DNA of 60,000 bases from Lytechinus pictus (Eukaryota): contig NC_087263.1 of assembly GCF_037042905.1 (NCBI RefSeq), positions 9,674,001 through 9,734,000 of the forward strand, given 5' to 3'. Made by a program: the position numbers and the translations under genes. The notes beneath the pieces were generated by a model. The model was not told the DNA's origin. It did no database searches and saw nothing but the letters and a program-made list of their open reading frames with translations. Position 1 is the stretch's first letter. Every line of letters starts with the position of its first letter. This document shows positions 40,301 through 49,290 of the stretch, piece by piece.

Positions 40301-43062
40301 AAGTAAAAAAAAGTAAATGGGTCTACTATGTCATGAAAATTGGAGATATGAGTAATAATAATAGTAATAACGCAGTTCTTGTATAGCGCGTATCACATTA
40401 TGACATAACGTCCCTATGCGCTTCCAAAGGACTTGGATACTATTACCCTGGCTTTGGCCCCGCAGCATTTTACAGCACGGTGGCATTTCAAGGAATAAAT
40501 TCTGCCAGGTACCCATTCATCTCACCTGGGTTGAGTGCAACACAATGTGGATGAATATCTTGCTGAAGGAAATTACCTTGGCTGGGATGAGTAATCAAGT
40601 ATCACTGATCATCCTTTTTTTCCCTATAGGTTGGTGTGGTGACATGCACACCTCAAGTTTGCGATTGTAGCGATCCAGAGATCGATCCGATCTGCTGTCC
40701 GATGTGTGTGTCGGAGATTCAGCAGTGCCTGCATCAAACATCGGCTATCACCTACAACCATCGGGAATGGTGGAACCACGACTGCAAAGATTGTCAATGC
40801 TTGGTGAGTGGATGAAAGAATCTTGGTGGTGATGATAGTGGTGATATTGATGGTAGTGATGATAGTGATGATGATGGTGATGATGATGCAGATGATGGTG
40901 GTTATGATGATGATGGTGATGATGGTGGTGGTGATGATGATGATGATGATGATAGTGATGATGATGATGATAGTGATGATGATTATGGTGATGATAGTGA
41001 TGATGATGATATTGATGATGGTGATAATGATGATAGTGATGATGATGGTAGTGATGATGATGGTGATATTGATGGTGGTGATGGTGATGATGATAGTGAT
41101 GATGACGATATTGATGATGATAATAGTGATGATGATGGTAGTGATAATGATGATGATGGTAGTGATAATGATGATGGTGATGATAGTGATCATGATGATG
41201 GCTACGATGGTAATGATGACAATGTTTGAGAAAACTGCTGTTGATAATATGATGACGATAACGGCGGTGGTGTTGATTGTAAAGATGAAGATTATGCTAA
41301 TTAGTGACTATGATAATGGCGATGGTGATGTTGGTTATGATGATTATAATGATGATGATGTTGGTGATGATGATCGTAATACTGCTGATGATGGTGATGA
41401 TGATAATGATGATGGTGGTGCAGGTGGTGATGATGATAATGATGATGGTGGTGGTGATAATGATGATGATAATGTTAATGATGGTGATAGTGATGATGAT
41501 AATGTTGATTGTGGTGATGATGATTATAACAATGATGTGGATGAAGAATATCGTGAAGGTTGTGACGAGGCTAAAGATAACTGTGATAATTTTGACTATG
41601 ATATTGATGAAAATAGTGATGTTGATGACAGATATGATCTCGAAAACATTTTTGAAATGGTAAAAATAACTATTACATCTTTTTTTTACTCCCATTTCTA
41701 TGGAAAACAGGAAGGAAGCATCAAATGCAAGCCTGTACAATGTGAGACATTGAACTGTCCGAACACCTATACTCCCGTGGATGAATGCTGCCCTCGCTGT
41801 CAACCACACAGTGAATGCGACCTCATGACCTCGGGGCCAAAGGTCGCATCGCCTTCGACGTGCGTCACAGATACAGGAATGGTTTATTCACACAAGGAGA
41901 GGTGGTTTTTAGATGAGGATCATTGTTCAGAATGTGTGTGTAAGGTGAGTAGAACATGAAATGTGGATTAAAAAACATTAAAAAAAGCCTTCAGGGTGCT
42001 ACATAAGCATTCTCCCGATTGCCCTGGGCAAGTAAAAGTTACAGTTGGACAAGTGTTTTGAAATAAAGACCAAAACTACTTGCCCGAATTGGGTAAGCTA
42101 GATTCTCACAGTAGAATGACTGAAATTAGGGTCGATATGATATTGACCCTAATTTTGGTCATGGAAGGTAGATCTGTTCATGTCAAAAAGAGAGAAAAAT
42201 GTCAATTGTTTATAAAATCGCATAACTTTCTTTTGAAGAGGTAAAAAAAAATGTTCAATGGATTTTTTGGGGCAAGTGAAATAGATTTTTGGGCAAGTAT
42301 ATTCCAACTATTTTAAAATTTACTTGCCCGACTGGGCAAGTGCTTCTAAAAAGTTATGTACATGTAGCACCCTGGCTTTATAGATTCAAATCTGTGCTGA
42401 AAGGTTAGTTACACCCAAATAATAAGTGAATTCAAATGAATAGAGTAAACTCAGCCAAGCATAATGCTGACAATTCCATCAAAATCGGATGCAAAGTAAG
42501 GAAGTTATGACCTTTTTGCAGTTGGATTTGTTTTCACAAAACAGTAATATGCACAACAAGATGGAACTGATTATGTCACTCAATATTTCATTTGAATTTT
42601 ATTACGTGAAATATTTCTATTTTTTCTGCTTGAAAAACATAGATTGATTCCTCTTTGAACATGTGGAATTTCCATTGCTATAATCCATTGTGAATCAATA
42701 AAAAAAAATCCTTATTGTAATATCTACAGACATTTAAATGTATATATATAGACATGGTGATCTTGTGCACATAAATTTTTTAAAAATATGAAAACAACCA
42801 ATACTAGGTTATTTTTAGGCCCTTGGCCCAATAGTTTATCATGACATTCCTGAGTAAAACAATACATTTTTTTTAATCAGTAATTCAGTCATTTGACAGT
42901 GTCATACTCATTTGACACAAAGTGACATTTCATTTTTCCCTTTTTTTGTGGAAAATGTCATTGAGATCATCTTTTCCTGTTGATAATTTTATTCTTTTTA
43001 TATTCATTGTTTTACAGAATGGAAGTATTTGTTGTGCTTACAACAGTGCGTGTGCCCCCTGA
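1272..43062 (+). CDS. NELL1/2: NELL1/NELL2-like secreted LamG-coiled coil-VWC-EGF protein, complete 17-exon gene (821 aa)
   Basis: join(1272..1329,14921..15055,15875..16028,23155..23422,26103..26258,28953..29081,32270..32363,33319..33419,34445..34559,35059..35316,36696..36818,37677..37772,38647..38787,39761..39945,40630..40803,41711..41944,43018..43062). All introns are GT-AG with matching phases; total 2466 nt, open to TGA. N-terminal [27 protein letters not shown] plus coiled coil, and the domain order match vertebrate NELL. Confidence 0.95.
2318..3892. mobile_element. Large foldback (inverted-repeat) element in NELL intron 1
   Basis: Arms about 2318-3044 and 3145-3892 are reverse complements with scattered mismatches and indels; spacer about 100 bp. 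Confidence 0.85.
4283..5214. mobile_element. MITE family A (TIR ATGCTYTTCACACTG), interrupted by a nested TTAA element
   Basis: TIRs at 4283-4297 and 5200-5214; a related copy lies at 7014-7530 in reverse orientation. Confidence 0.85.
4572..5154. mobile_element. TTAA-flanked foldback MITE family B (Kolobok-like, AGGAGAATGAAAC termini)
   Basis: TTAA on both sides (4568-4571 and 5155-5158); long internal inverted repeats; second copy at 21584-22168. Confidence 0.88.
5673..5831. mobile_element. Short MITE family D (GGGAGCGTTTCATGA termini, CAG flanks)
   Basis: TIRs; related copies near 10147-10290, 14480-14610, 29440-29578 and 58404-58532. Confidence 0.75.
7014..7530. mobile_element. MITE family A, uninterrupted copy
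   Basis: TIRs ATGCTTTTCACACTG / CAGTGTGAAAAGCAT; reverse-complement match to 4283-5214; truncated third copy at 28018-28105. Confidence 0.85.
9561..9848 (-). mobile_element. tRNA-derived SINE
   Basis: Reverse-complement homology to the SINE at 26830; (TAT)n tail. Confidence 0.85.
11801..12183. mobile_element. MITE with 20-bp TIRs (ATACCCCTTTCATAAACCCA)
   Basis: TIRs at 11801-11820 and 12164-12183 (one mismatch); internal ATCCGCAT/ATGCGGAT repeats. Confidence 0.8.
14921..15055 (+). CDS. NELL1/2: NELL exon 2 ([17 protein letters not shown]...AFRFE)
   Basis: ttacag acceptor, gtatgg donor; LGVDPSL motif typical of the NELL N-terminus. Confidence 0.93.
15875..16028 (+). CDS. NELL1/2: NELL exon 3 (LamG/TSPN: ESRTIEA...[21 protein letters not shown])
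   Basis: ttccag acceptor, gtaagt donor; open frame, phase 1 to 2. Absent from the ORF track. Confidence 0.92.
17562..19066 (+). mobile_element. Helentron/DINE-type non-autonomous rolling-circle element
   Basis: 5' subterminal IR AATTAGGTGATCTGTCTGT (17564-17582) with an adjacent short IR; 3' complement at 19021-19039, then stem-loop AATTCGTC-ctcaa-GACGAATT, CTAG and a T-run. Confidence 0.75.
19264..19660. mobile_element. TTAA-flanked MITE family C (Kolobok-like)
   Basis: TTAA flanks; termini AGGTAAATGCCAGT / ACTGGCATTTCTCT; reverse copy at 22261-22663. Confidence 0.82.
20607..21060. repeat. Direct duplication of about 165 bp (offset 286 bp)
   Basis: 20607-20772 matches 20893-21054; the spacer 20775-20881 matches 16516-16604. 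Confidence 0.85.
21584..22168. mobile_element. TTAA-flanked foldback MITE family B, second copy
   Basis: TTAA at 21580-21583 and 22169-22172; homologous to 4572-5154. Confidence 0.88.
22173..22860. mobile_element. Family C copy (22261-22663) nested at a TTAA inside an older family C copy
   Basis: Inner copy is TTAA-flanked (22257-22260 and 22664-22667); the flanks 22173-22256 and 22668-22860 are degenerate homologues of the same family. Confidence 0.72.
23155..23422 (+). CDS. NELL1/2: NELL exon 4 (LamG: YMEIFAS...[19 protein letters not shown]...LGQR)
   Basis: Within ORF 23132..23428; atgtag acceptor, gtatga donor. Confidence 0.95.
23593..25990. repeat. 38-bp tandem satellite, about 63 copies (TCAAATCCGTATAAAAAAATTACCATCTGATAATGATG)
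   Basis: Head-to-tail near-identical units with no spacers, in NELL intron 4. Confidence 0.98.
26103..26258 (+). CDS. NELL1/2: NELL exon 5 (GTLQDVKL...CPTCAEY, start of coiled coil)
   Basis: ttgcag acceptor, gtatgt donor; phase 0 to 0. Confidence 0.95.
26339..26498. mobile_element. Internally deleted TTAA-type MITE (AGGTCAAGTCCACCCC termini)
   Basis: TIRs AGGTCAAGTCCACCCCA / TGGGGTGGACTTGTCCT followed by TTAA. Confidence 0.7.
26830..27087 (+). mobile_element. tRNA-derived SINE
   Basis: A box TGGTCTAGTGG, B box GGTTCGAATCC, core ACCCAGGTGAGGTGAATGGGTACC, (TAT)n tail. Confidence 0.9.
28953..29081 (+). CDS. NELL1/2: NELL exon 6 (end of coiled coil, start of VWC1: W..DCQQCTCE)
   Basis: tttcag acceptor, gtgagt donor; VWC cysteine pattern. 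Confidence 0.93.
30561..30827. mobile_element. MITE family E (GGGCCCGTCTTACAAAGAG termini, CTG flanks)
   Basis: TIRs; related copies near 32740-33009, 46110-46360 and 58535-58805. Confidence 0.78.
31911..32190 (+). mobile_element. tRNA-derived SINE
   Basis: A and B boxes; same core and tail as 26830-27087. Confidence 0.88.
32270..32363 (+). CDS. NELL1/2: NELL exon 7 (VWC1 end: [11 protein letters not shown]...GNCCPICK)
   Basis: tttcag acceptor, gttcgt donor; CCPxC motif. Confidence 0.92.
33319..33419 (+). CDS. NELL1/2: NELL exon 8 (VWC2 start)
   Basis: tcgtag acceptor, gtaagc donor; phase 1 to 0. Confidence 0.88.
33428..33870. mobile_element. MITE inserted 8 bp downstream of NELL exon 8
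   Basis: Termini GACACC..TCT / AGAACGGTGTC; subterminal IR TAAAACTGGTTTACTGGAAACTGGTT / AACTAGTTTCCAGTAAACTAGTTTTA. Confidence 0.72.
34445..34559 (+). CDS. NELL1/2: NELL exon 9 (VWC2 end: CPTPSCP...GSCCEYCQ)
   Basis: tttcag acceptor, gtattt donor; CCxxC motif. Confidence 0.9.
35059..35316 (+). CDS. NELL1/2: NELL exon 10 (EGF1 and calcium-binding EGF2)
   Basis: ttgcag acceptor, gtaagt donor; DINEC...[16 protein letters not shown]. Confidence 0.96.
35663..35914. mobile_element. MITE with about 30-bp TIRs
   Basis: CTGCCGTACTTTGGCAAAAGGAAGCAAGT versus ACTTGCTTCCTTTTTGCCAAAGTTTGGCAG. Confidence 0.72.
36696..36818 (+). CDS. NELL1/2: NELL exon 11 (calcium-binding EGF3)
   Basis: [28 protein letters not shown]; phase 1 to 1. 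Confidence 0.96.
37677..37772 (+). CDS. NELL1/2: NELL exon 12 (EGF4)
   Basis: [29 protein letters not shown]; atacag acceptor, gtaagt donor. Confidence 0.96.
   Translation, partial: RCVVELVRMEECVSDHRCVNALQAMKEKLVK
37857..38312 (+). mobile_element. Helentron/DINE-type short element (second family)
   Basis: 5' TGTTTCGCCTGCAT..GAGCGAAAC, 3' ATGCAGGCGAGAC..CACTTGTTTT in T-rich flanks; degenerate copy at about 40006-40332. Confidence 0.65.
38647..38787 (+). CDS. NELL1/2: NELL exon 13 (calcium-binding EGF5)
   Basis: [12 protein letters not shown]...[16 protein letters not shown]; phase 1 to 1. Confidence 0.95.
39183..39356. mobile_element. Palindromic MITE (GGGSGCCRTTTCATAAAG termini)
   Basis: Arms of about 60 bp are reverse complements. 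Confidence 0.8.
39761..39945 (+). CDS. NELL1/2: NELL exon 14 (EGF6 and VWC3 start)
   Basis: [11 protein letters not shown]...[12 protein letters not shown]...[10 protein letters not shown]; taacag acceptor, gtaata donor. Confidence 0.94.
40352..40586 (-). mobile_element. 5'-truncated SINE inserted into a Helentron-type element
   Basis: Same core as the other SINEs but a different tail; possible TSD ATGAGTAAT at 40348-40356 and 40587-40595. Confidence 0.75.
40630..40803 (+). CDS. NELL1/2: NELL exon 15 (VWC3 end, VWC4 start)
   Basis: [13 protein letters not shown]...CCPMC...[12 protein letters not shown]; ctatag acceptor, gtgagt donor. Confidence 0.94.
40822..41640. repeat. Degenerate (GAT/GGT)n microsatellite filling NELL intron 15
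   Basis: Trinucleotide repeat; source of the spurious poly-M/I/D ORFs. Confidence 0.95.
41711..41944 (+). CDS. NELL1/2: NELL exon 16 (VWC4 end, VWC5 start)
   Basis: [11 protein letters not shown]...ECCPRC...W...HCSECVCK; aaacag acceptor, gtgagt donor. Confidence 0.94.
41992..42374. mobile_element. MITE with CAGGGTGCTACATAA termini (hAT-like ends)
   Basis: TIRs and internal ACTTGCCC/GGGCAAGT subterminal repeats; no clear TSD. Confidence 0.72.
43018..43062 (+). CDS. NELL1/2: NELL exon 17 ([18 protein letters not shown])
   Basis: Pyrimidine tract plus ttacag acceptor; NGxICC...C C-terminus as in NELL proteins; TGA at 43060-43062. Confidence 0.9.
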   Translation, partial: NGSICCAYNSACAP

Positions 43063-44222
43063 ACATAAAACGTAACACATGGGACTAAGGACAACTACGA
43101 GAGACAGCAATATGATGTTCATGTGGGACTACATGAACAAGAGATGTTGGACATGTTGTAAACCAAGATGATTGTATATACTGATGAGTTATGAAACGGA
43201 CAAGTTTGCGCCAATGTGTCTGTATATAGCAATAGCAAATATATGACATTCATTTATACAAAAATACATGTATGTGTCAGTTTGTATATAAATTGGTGAT
43301 TATTTTGTATTTATACATGAATAATGTATCTTCCATATATTACGTCGTGTTGAAAGAAGTCACGGTTTTGTACTACTGATATTAAAATGCAAGTGGTTCA
43401 TTTTTAGCTCAATTGTGCTGCTTTTAAATCTTCATTTGAAATTTATGATTTTCAGATGTATATTATTATTAGTCTTGCCAGTATATACCTCAGCCACGGT
43501 CTGAAATTTTGTATTTTTATTTATTTTTGACAAGCTACATACAATACGTACAAAAGAGTAGGCTACAAAATAATGCACATTATCGAGGGCGTTAGTAAAA
43601 ATTATACGCATGAGATATATTTGGAACAGTTCTAACTGCGTTTGGGCTGTTTCCATGGTAACAAGTGTGTGTAATTATTCTAATTCCCTAGCAAAATGTT
43701 TTGTAAGATAACAATATGGATACTTGTTATTTGATAAACCGTCCTCATCTCAAAACCATTACTGGTCGTTAAAACTAGTCATTTGTACCAGTTATATATT
43801 CCCGTTGGCTAAAGATAAATGATTGGTCACATGATTGATTTCAACCAATCATTTGATAAGGATCCATATTATCATTTTCTAATATCTGTTATGCGAATGT
43901 ACACATATTTCTGCAGCTTTCTAGAGACTTCCATTTGTCACATAGGCATATAGACGTTTGAAGCATTTAAAAAATATGCAGGGATAAAAAAAAAAAACCT
44001 GTCGAAAGGACAAATTACCCCCAAAGGTTTGAAAATGTAACTTTTAATGTACAGACTTGGGGGAAAACATACAGAAAATGTTAATTTTCCCCTTTGTAGA
44101 GAGATACATGTATTTGACTTTGTGAACTATAGTACTGAATTCAAATAGCCCATTGAGACACTAAGTTATATTTGCCATCCCTCCACGCTAGGTCTTAACC
44201 ACCACCCCCTTCCTGACCCTAT

Positions 44223-44497
44223 GGAGGTGCTGTGGTGTAGTAGTTCTGACTCTCGCCTTGTAAACAGAGGGTCGTGTGTTTGAATCCCATTAGTCTGTCG
44301 TCCTTTGGCTAGGCGTTAATCCACACTTTGCCACTCTCGACCCAGGTGCTGAATGGGTACCCGGTAGGATGTGAAAGTCATTGTAGCTTGTCCAGTACTG
44401 TGTGTGCCTCACTGGCGACTGACTGGAATTCTCCCCAGGGAGTCGAGGATGTGCACACATTGCGTGCGGAAAGACCGCGGAATCCGATGCGCGATCG
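44223..44497 (+). mobile_element. tRNA-derived SINE, different 3' module
   Basis: Degenerate A and B boxes, shared core, tail GGAATTCTCCCCAGGGAGT; partial relative at 58857-59025. Confidence 0.75.
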
Positions 44498-45770
44498 AAG
44501 GCCAAGATATCGGGGGGGGGGGGGCAGAATCCCCCCTCCCCCGCCATAGCTGTCAGAGGGGTCCAAATAACCCGGCTCTTTTAGGGTTAAAATAACATGG
44601 CCTTACTCTTGCTCCACTCGGATGGGAAATGGGGATGTACATGTAGTAGGATTGTCAAAATTGTATTTAGTGTAAAATAGCAAACATGCATAAATCCTCG
44701 CTGTATTTTTTTTTTTGGTGGTAGTTTTTCAGCTTACATATTAAGTTTATTTTATGCTCTTTAGCTGTATATTACAAGCTTATGGAAAATAGGTATTTAT
44801 GAATGATGTATTTTGTGTCAAAGTTGCCTATGTGTACATATTTTGTTCATAATATTTTGTTATAGTTTTATATACATTATTGAGTGTATCATGCCATGAA
44901 GAAACTTCAACTTTTATGTAATTATCAATATGCAATCATTTTTGTTTCAAAGATTTTTATTCATAGCTCTGTGGATAAGCTGGTATTAAAACAAACCTGT
45001 AGATGGCTTTTACATTGATACCATATTCTACATTATGATTGAACATTTATCTTTTATTATTCATTTTTCTCTTTCAGAAATGTTCAATTCTTTTTTCTAT
45101 TAAGAGTCTACGAAAATAATCCATCGATATAAAAAAGCTGGAAAGAGTAACAAAGCGCTCTTTTGGGGTCATTAAAAGTACCCCAAAAGGTCAATGGGTG
45201 ATTTCAAATTCAGTGTTGACCCTTTGTTGTTAGGTCATTTTTTACACGAGTAGAACACCAAACATAAAATGAAGATGGTCCCAAAAAGTCACTCACTAGT
45301 TGCGGAGGTGTCGATAATGTGATCTGGATCAGTTTTACAAACTCAGAATAGGTTTTGGAGCTACATGTAGGGGAGGCAATCCAAATTGTGCTTCCATCAC
45401 CAAAACCGGACTTGAAACCACCCAATGACACACAAAAGTTTTCCTCTCGTGTGCGTGCTGTTTCTTACATGTTGGTATGGTCCCATATACTGTTGTGTCA
45501 TGGAGTACTTGTAGCTTCAAGGTCATATGTGCAGCAACACGCAACAAGCTCCATCCAGCTTTTTGATGTCAATGAAATAATTCCATGCTTATCACAACAT
45601 ATAAGAAAAGACAAATCACAAAGAAGACTGCCTAGGAAGTTCATGACTTTAAAAACAGCTACTTCATTCTGTTCATGTACTTTTCTATTTGGGCAAGCAA
45701 AGTTAGCCAGACTACATTCACAAACAGTTAAATCTGCTAATCGCCCAAGTTGAAGCAATTTCCCAGACCA

Positions 45771-46049
45771 GGGCCCGTAACACAAAGCTTTTGATCGTAG
45801 AAACACTTTTCTATGATTGATTGAATTGACTACAAAAACACAATCGTAAAAATTAAGCGTACGATCAATCGCTAACCTTTGTGTTACGGGGCCCAGGGCG
45901 GCATAACACAAAGATTAGCGATTAATCACTAATTTGAAAGAACAATTCTGATTGGTTCCTAGTCAGTCTACTGAGCAAAATGCACATGTAACGATGGTCT
46001 TGATAGGCCATTTCATTAAGCATTATTGCTAACCATTGTGTTAGGGGCC
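45771..46049. mobile_element. Two adjacent short MITEs (GGCCCGTAACACAAAG termini) separated by CAG
   Basis: TIR pairs at 45771-45893 and 45897-46049, each bounded by CAG. Confidence 0.7.
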
Positions 46050-47627
46050 CAGATTGGCAAAGCTTGTGTTTTTACCTCTTTTTCATGTACATGTAAAGAC
46101 AATTTACATGTAGCACCAATCGACCAATTGATTTGATCATCTTACACTATATAGAAATCCAAAAATGTCATAATTTTTTCTCCAGGAAATTTGCATGAAA
46201 AGAGAAGCACACCAAACTTTAAAGAAAACAATGAATGTATCATTTTACATCACATCTAGAAAATATTTGGAAGAAACATGCATTTCAGATGTTGACGTTG
46301 CTGGCTTTCCATAGCTGCGATTGATCAGATCAATCGTAACTCTTTGTAAGACGGGGCCCAGATTTTTGTCGTCCGAGAGAATTGACTTAGCTGGACTCAC
46401 CGGTATGGTTCAGTTATATTCTTCCATAATGCAGCCTTAAGGACGTATTACCTTGTCCTGTTACTTGAAAGATACAAATCAATTTTAATTGTAAGTCTCT
46501 GAAAAAAACCATGCATAACAATTAATATTAGGATTTATTTTAAGTCTGTTTTTACAGGCTGCTGTTGACGTTCTATGCGATACAAGTTTACTTGCAGAAA
46601 CCAATTTTCTGTACGTCAAATATTCGTCCAAGTAAAAACAACTTTATAGCTCAGATTATGCAAAAACATTTTATGTTAATACCTCTTCTATTAAAGTCAA
46701 AAGTCAAACCATTTCTTTGGTCTCAAATAGATTTGATCAAGGAAAATGCAATAAATGACTTCATTGTCTTGCAGTACAAATATAAAATGTAATATGAGGG
46801 AAAAATCACGACCCAATAAATTTATTACTTAAAGAATACATTACATGTACAAATGTTGTTTGCGACTTTCATTTATGTCTCAGAAACAAGGATGACCATT
46901 CTTTTCTCAATCATTTTGTGACCTGTACACCCCCAGTCCCCCACCCCCTGCTTCTAGAGCCCCATAGTTTATCAAAATTCAACAAAGTACTCTGATGAGA
47001 ATCATAGTCTTCCTTTACAATTTATCAAAATTTCATTCAATCATGAAATTAATTCATTTCAATGATTGCACATTGACTTTGAATATATCAGCTGCTACAA
47101 GAATTGAATTAATTTATATCAAGCATCATTATTAATAAACATCCACATTTCTTTAAATGAACACATGATTTCCAGTCTTGAGTTGCAAAAAAATACATTA
47201 AGTTTATATGGCACACAATCCTGGTAAGAAATAAACACCTAAATAAAAAAAGATTGAAAAAAAAAAGATATATGGAAATCAAAGAAATCTAGCACATAAG
47301 CCCTATCAACTTGCATCAATGCTGAGGGGGTATATTCCACTGATGAATTGTTATGTTTATTGGATTTCACTTCGATTCTTATTTATTTTTTTCACTGCAT
47401 TTTGCCTGAAAAACTTAAGACGCTATGTTATCTTCAAAACCAAATTACAAAGGCTCTCCCAAAGCCCCGGACCTACACCTCAGAAATAATACACCCTCTC
47501 TCGTCAGCCCCGAGTAGTACTTCCTGGCGGAGGACATTGGGGGTAAACTACTACAAGGTATGTGTCTATTTATATAAGCTTTCCTTTATATCTCATGCTC
47601 TGTCTTTTGTAAAATGTGAGAAGTGGT

Positions 47628-47827
47628 AGAGAGTACCAAAGCGATAACGTCAGTTGCCATGGTGTCAGGGCGGCCTGGTTCTAAACAAATGAACCTGCTG
47701 AATGAAAGCGTGTGTTTCTCATAGAAGAAAATGGCTGCCATCGGAATTTGATCGCTTGCAACCTATTTTTCAGACAAGCTAATGTGTACAGATGATCGTC
47801 ATCTGACGTCACACTTCGGTACTCTAT
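47628..47827. mobile_element. MITE (AGAGTACCRAAG termini)
   Basis: Imperfect TIRs; reverse partial copy at 39360-39429. Confidence 0.6.
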
Positions 47828-48639
47828 TGAAAAGCCACATTCAGGTTTCTATTGGGAAAGACACTGCTCTTGACTTCTGTCAAGGTTCCTGATTAGGTTG
47901 GCAGGTGTGAGATCCAATGTTTTAAAATATCCGAATAACAATTTTCATAGTCAACATCTACTAGTAATCATTATACATGTACATGTACATTAAAGTGAAT
48001 ACCGGTAGCTATAATAAATCATTGTTAAAAGTTAAGATACATTTAGTACTTTTCAGACAGAGATGAGCAATTGAATAACAGTTATTGCACATGAGATTTT
48101 TTCACGGCTTGAACTAGACACATATAGAAATTTGCAAACATGAGTTCAGTATATCAAACTAAAACTTTTAAACCTAATTAAACAATGATCAAACTGATTA
48201 GTTCTGACAATGATAACAGAGTAGTGCAGTCTGAAAACTAACATGAATTCATGGCAACCACAACAAAATTACAATTTTGACGGACTGAAATCATAGTAAT
48301 TATTCCCCAAATCAAAAAGGAAGATGTTGGGTCCTTTCTACTGCTAATTTCAAGAAACTAACTTGGTTTTAAAAGCAATTAATCTATTTGACTCGCTTCT
48401 ACGTACCCTTTTCCGTCACTCTTCAACAAATTTAGCCCAGAATATTTTCAATGTATGGTTACTTAGAATATTGAATTTCACTTTCGTGCAAAAGACATTC
48501 TCCATGTCGGATTTTGGCATTTAGAGCCAAAGAAAGTGAAAAAAATACTTGACTGTACGAGGCGGTGTAACGAATAACGAGTGAATAGGATAAATTTCTC
48601 ACTAAAAATAAAGAGATGATGTTAATAATCTCATGTTGC

Positions 48640-49122
48640 TTAGCTGATTAGTCACTGGTGGCTTAGCTGACTGACTCCAGTGACCAAGCTGTTGACTGGT
48701 CACCACCCAGTGGCTTAGCTGCTGACCTATCATCACCCAGTGGCTTAGCTGACTGACCAATTATCACCTAGTGGCTTTGCTGCTGACCAATCACCGCCCA
48801 GTGGCTTAGCTGCTGACCAATCTTCACTCTGTGGCTTAGCTGACTGACCAATCATCACTCAGTGGCTTAGCTGTTGATCAATCATCACCCAGTGGCTTAG
48901 CTGTTGACCAATCATCACCCGGTGGCTTAGCTGACTGACCAATCATCACCCAGTGGCTTACCTTTTGACCGATCATCACCCAGTGGCTTAGCTGCTGACC
49001 AATCATCACCCAGTGGCTTAGCTGCTGACCAATCACCACCCATAGGCCTGGCTGCGGACCAATCATCACCCAGTGCCTCATCTGCTGACCAATCACCATT
49101 ATCTAAAAGACCTTGCTGACCA
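48640..49122. repeat. 30-34 bp minisatellite (CAGTGGCTTAGCTGCTGACCAATCATCACC) at the start of the PON 3' UTR
   Basis: About 14 degenerate tandem units directly after the stop codon. Confidence 0.92.
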
Positions 49123-49290
49123 TCACCAATTGATGTTAGTGTCACAGAGAAGCATGCCCTTTGACCTGGAAGCAATCAGCAGCTTGTCTCGATAGTAGAC
49201 CACTGAAGACGATGCTGGTAGCTGAGTTCCGTCATCACTGTACACTTCAAATATCTCTTTAGATGATGCACGGAATCGAATATGGAGTAC
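49123..49290 (-). CDS. PON: PON exon 9 (VLHIRF...VYSDDGTQL...KLLIASRSKGMLLCDTNINW-stop)
   Basis: CAG acceptor; aligns with PON1 VLRI...VYAENGTVL...KLLIGT...LYCEL; TGA at 49123-49125. Confidence 0.93.
   Translation of the reverse strand, partial: VLHIRFRASSKEIFEVYSDDGTQLPASSSVVYYRDKLLIASRSKGMLLCDTNINW

Noticed and set aside
40624..41959. 383-aa, 189-aa, 170-aa and 119-aa Met/Ile/Asp-rich ORFs
   Set aside because: They are reading frames through a (GAT)n microsatellite; only 40630-40803 and 41711-41944 are real exons.
45210..45911. Overlapping 132-aa and 137-aa ORFs as a third gene
   Set aside because: No recognisable motif or exon chain; partly runs through a MITE.
48878..49175. Repetitive peptide ORFs (KPLGDDWS / HWVMIGQ)
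   Set aside because: Translation of the 3' UTR minisatellite, out of frame with PON or downstream of its stop.
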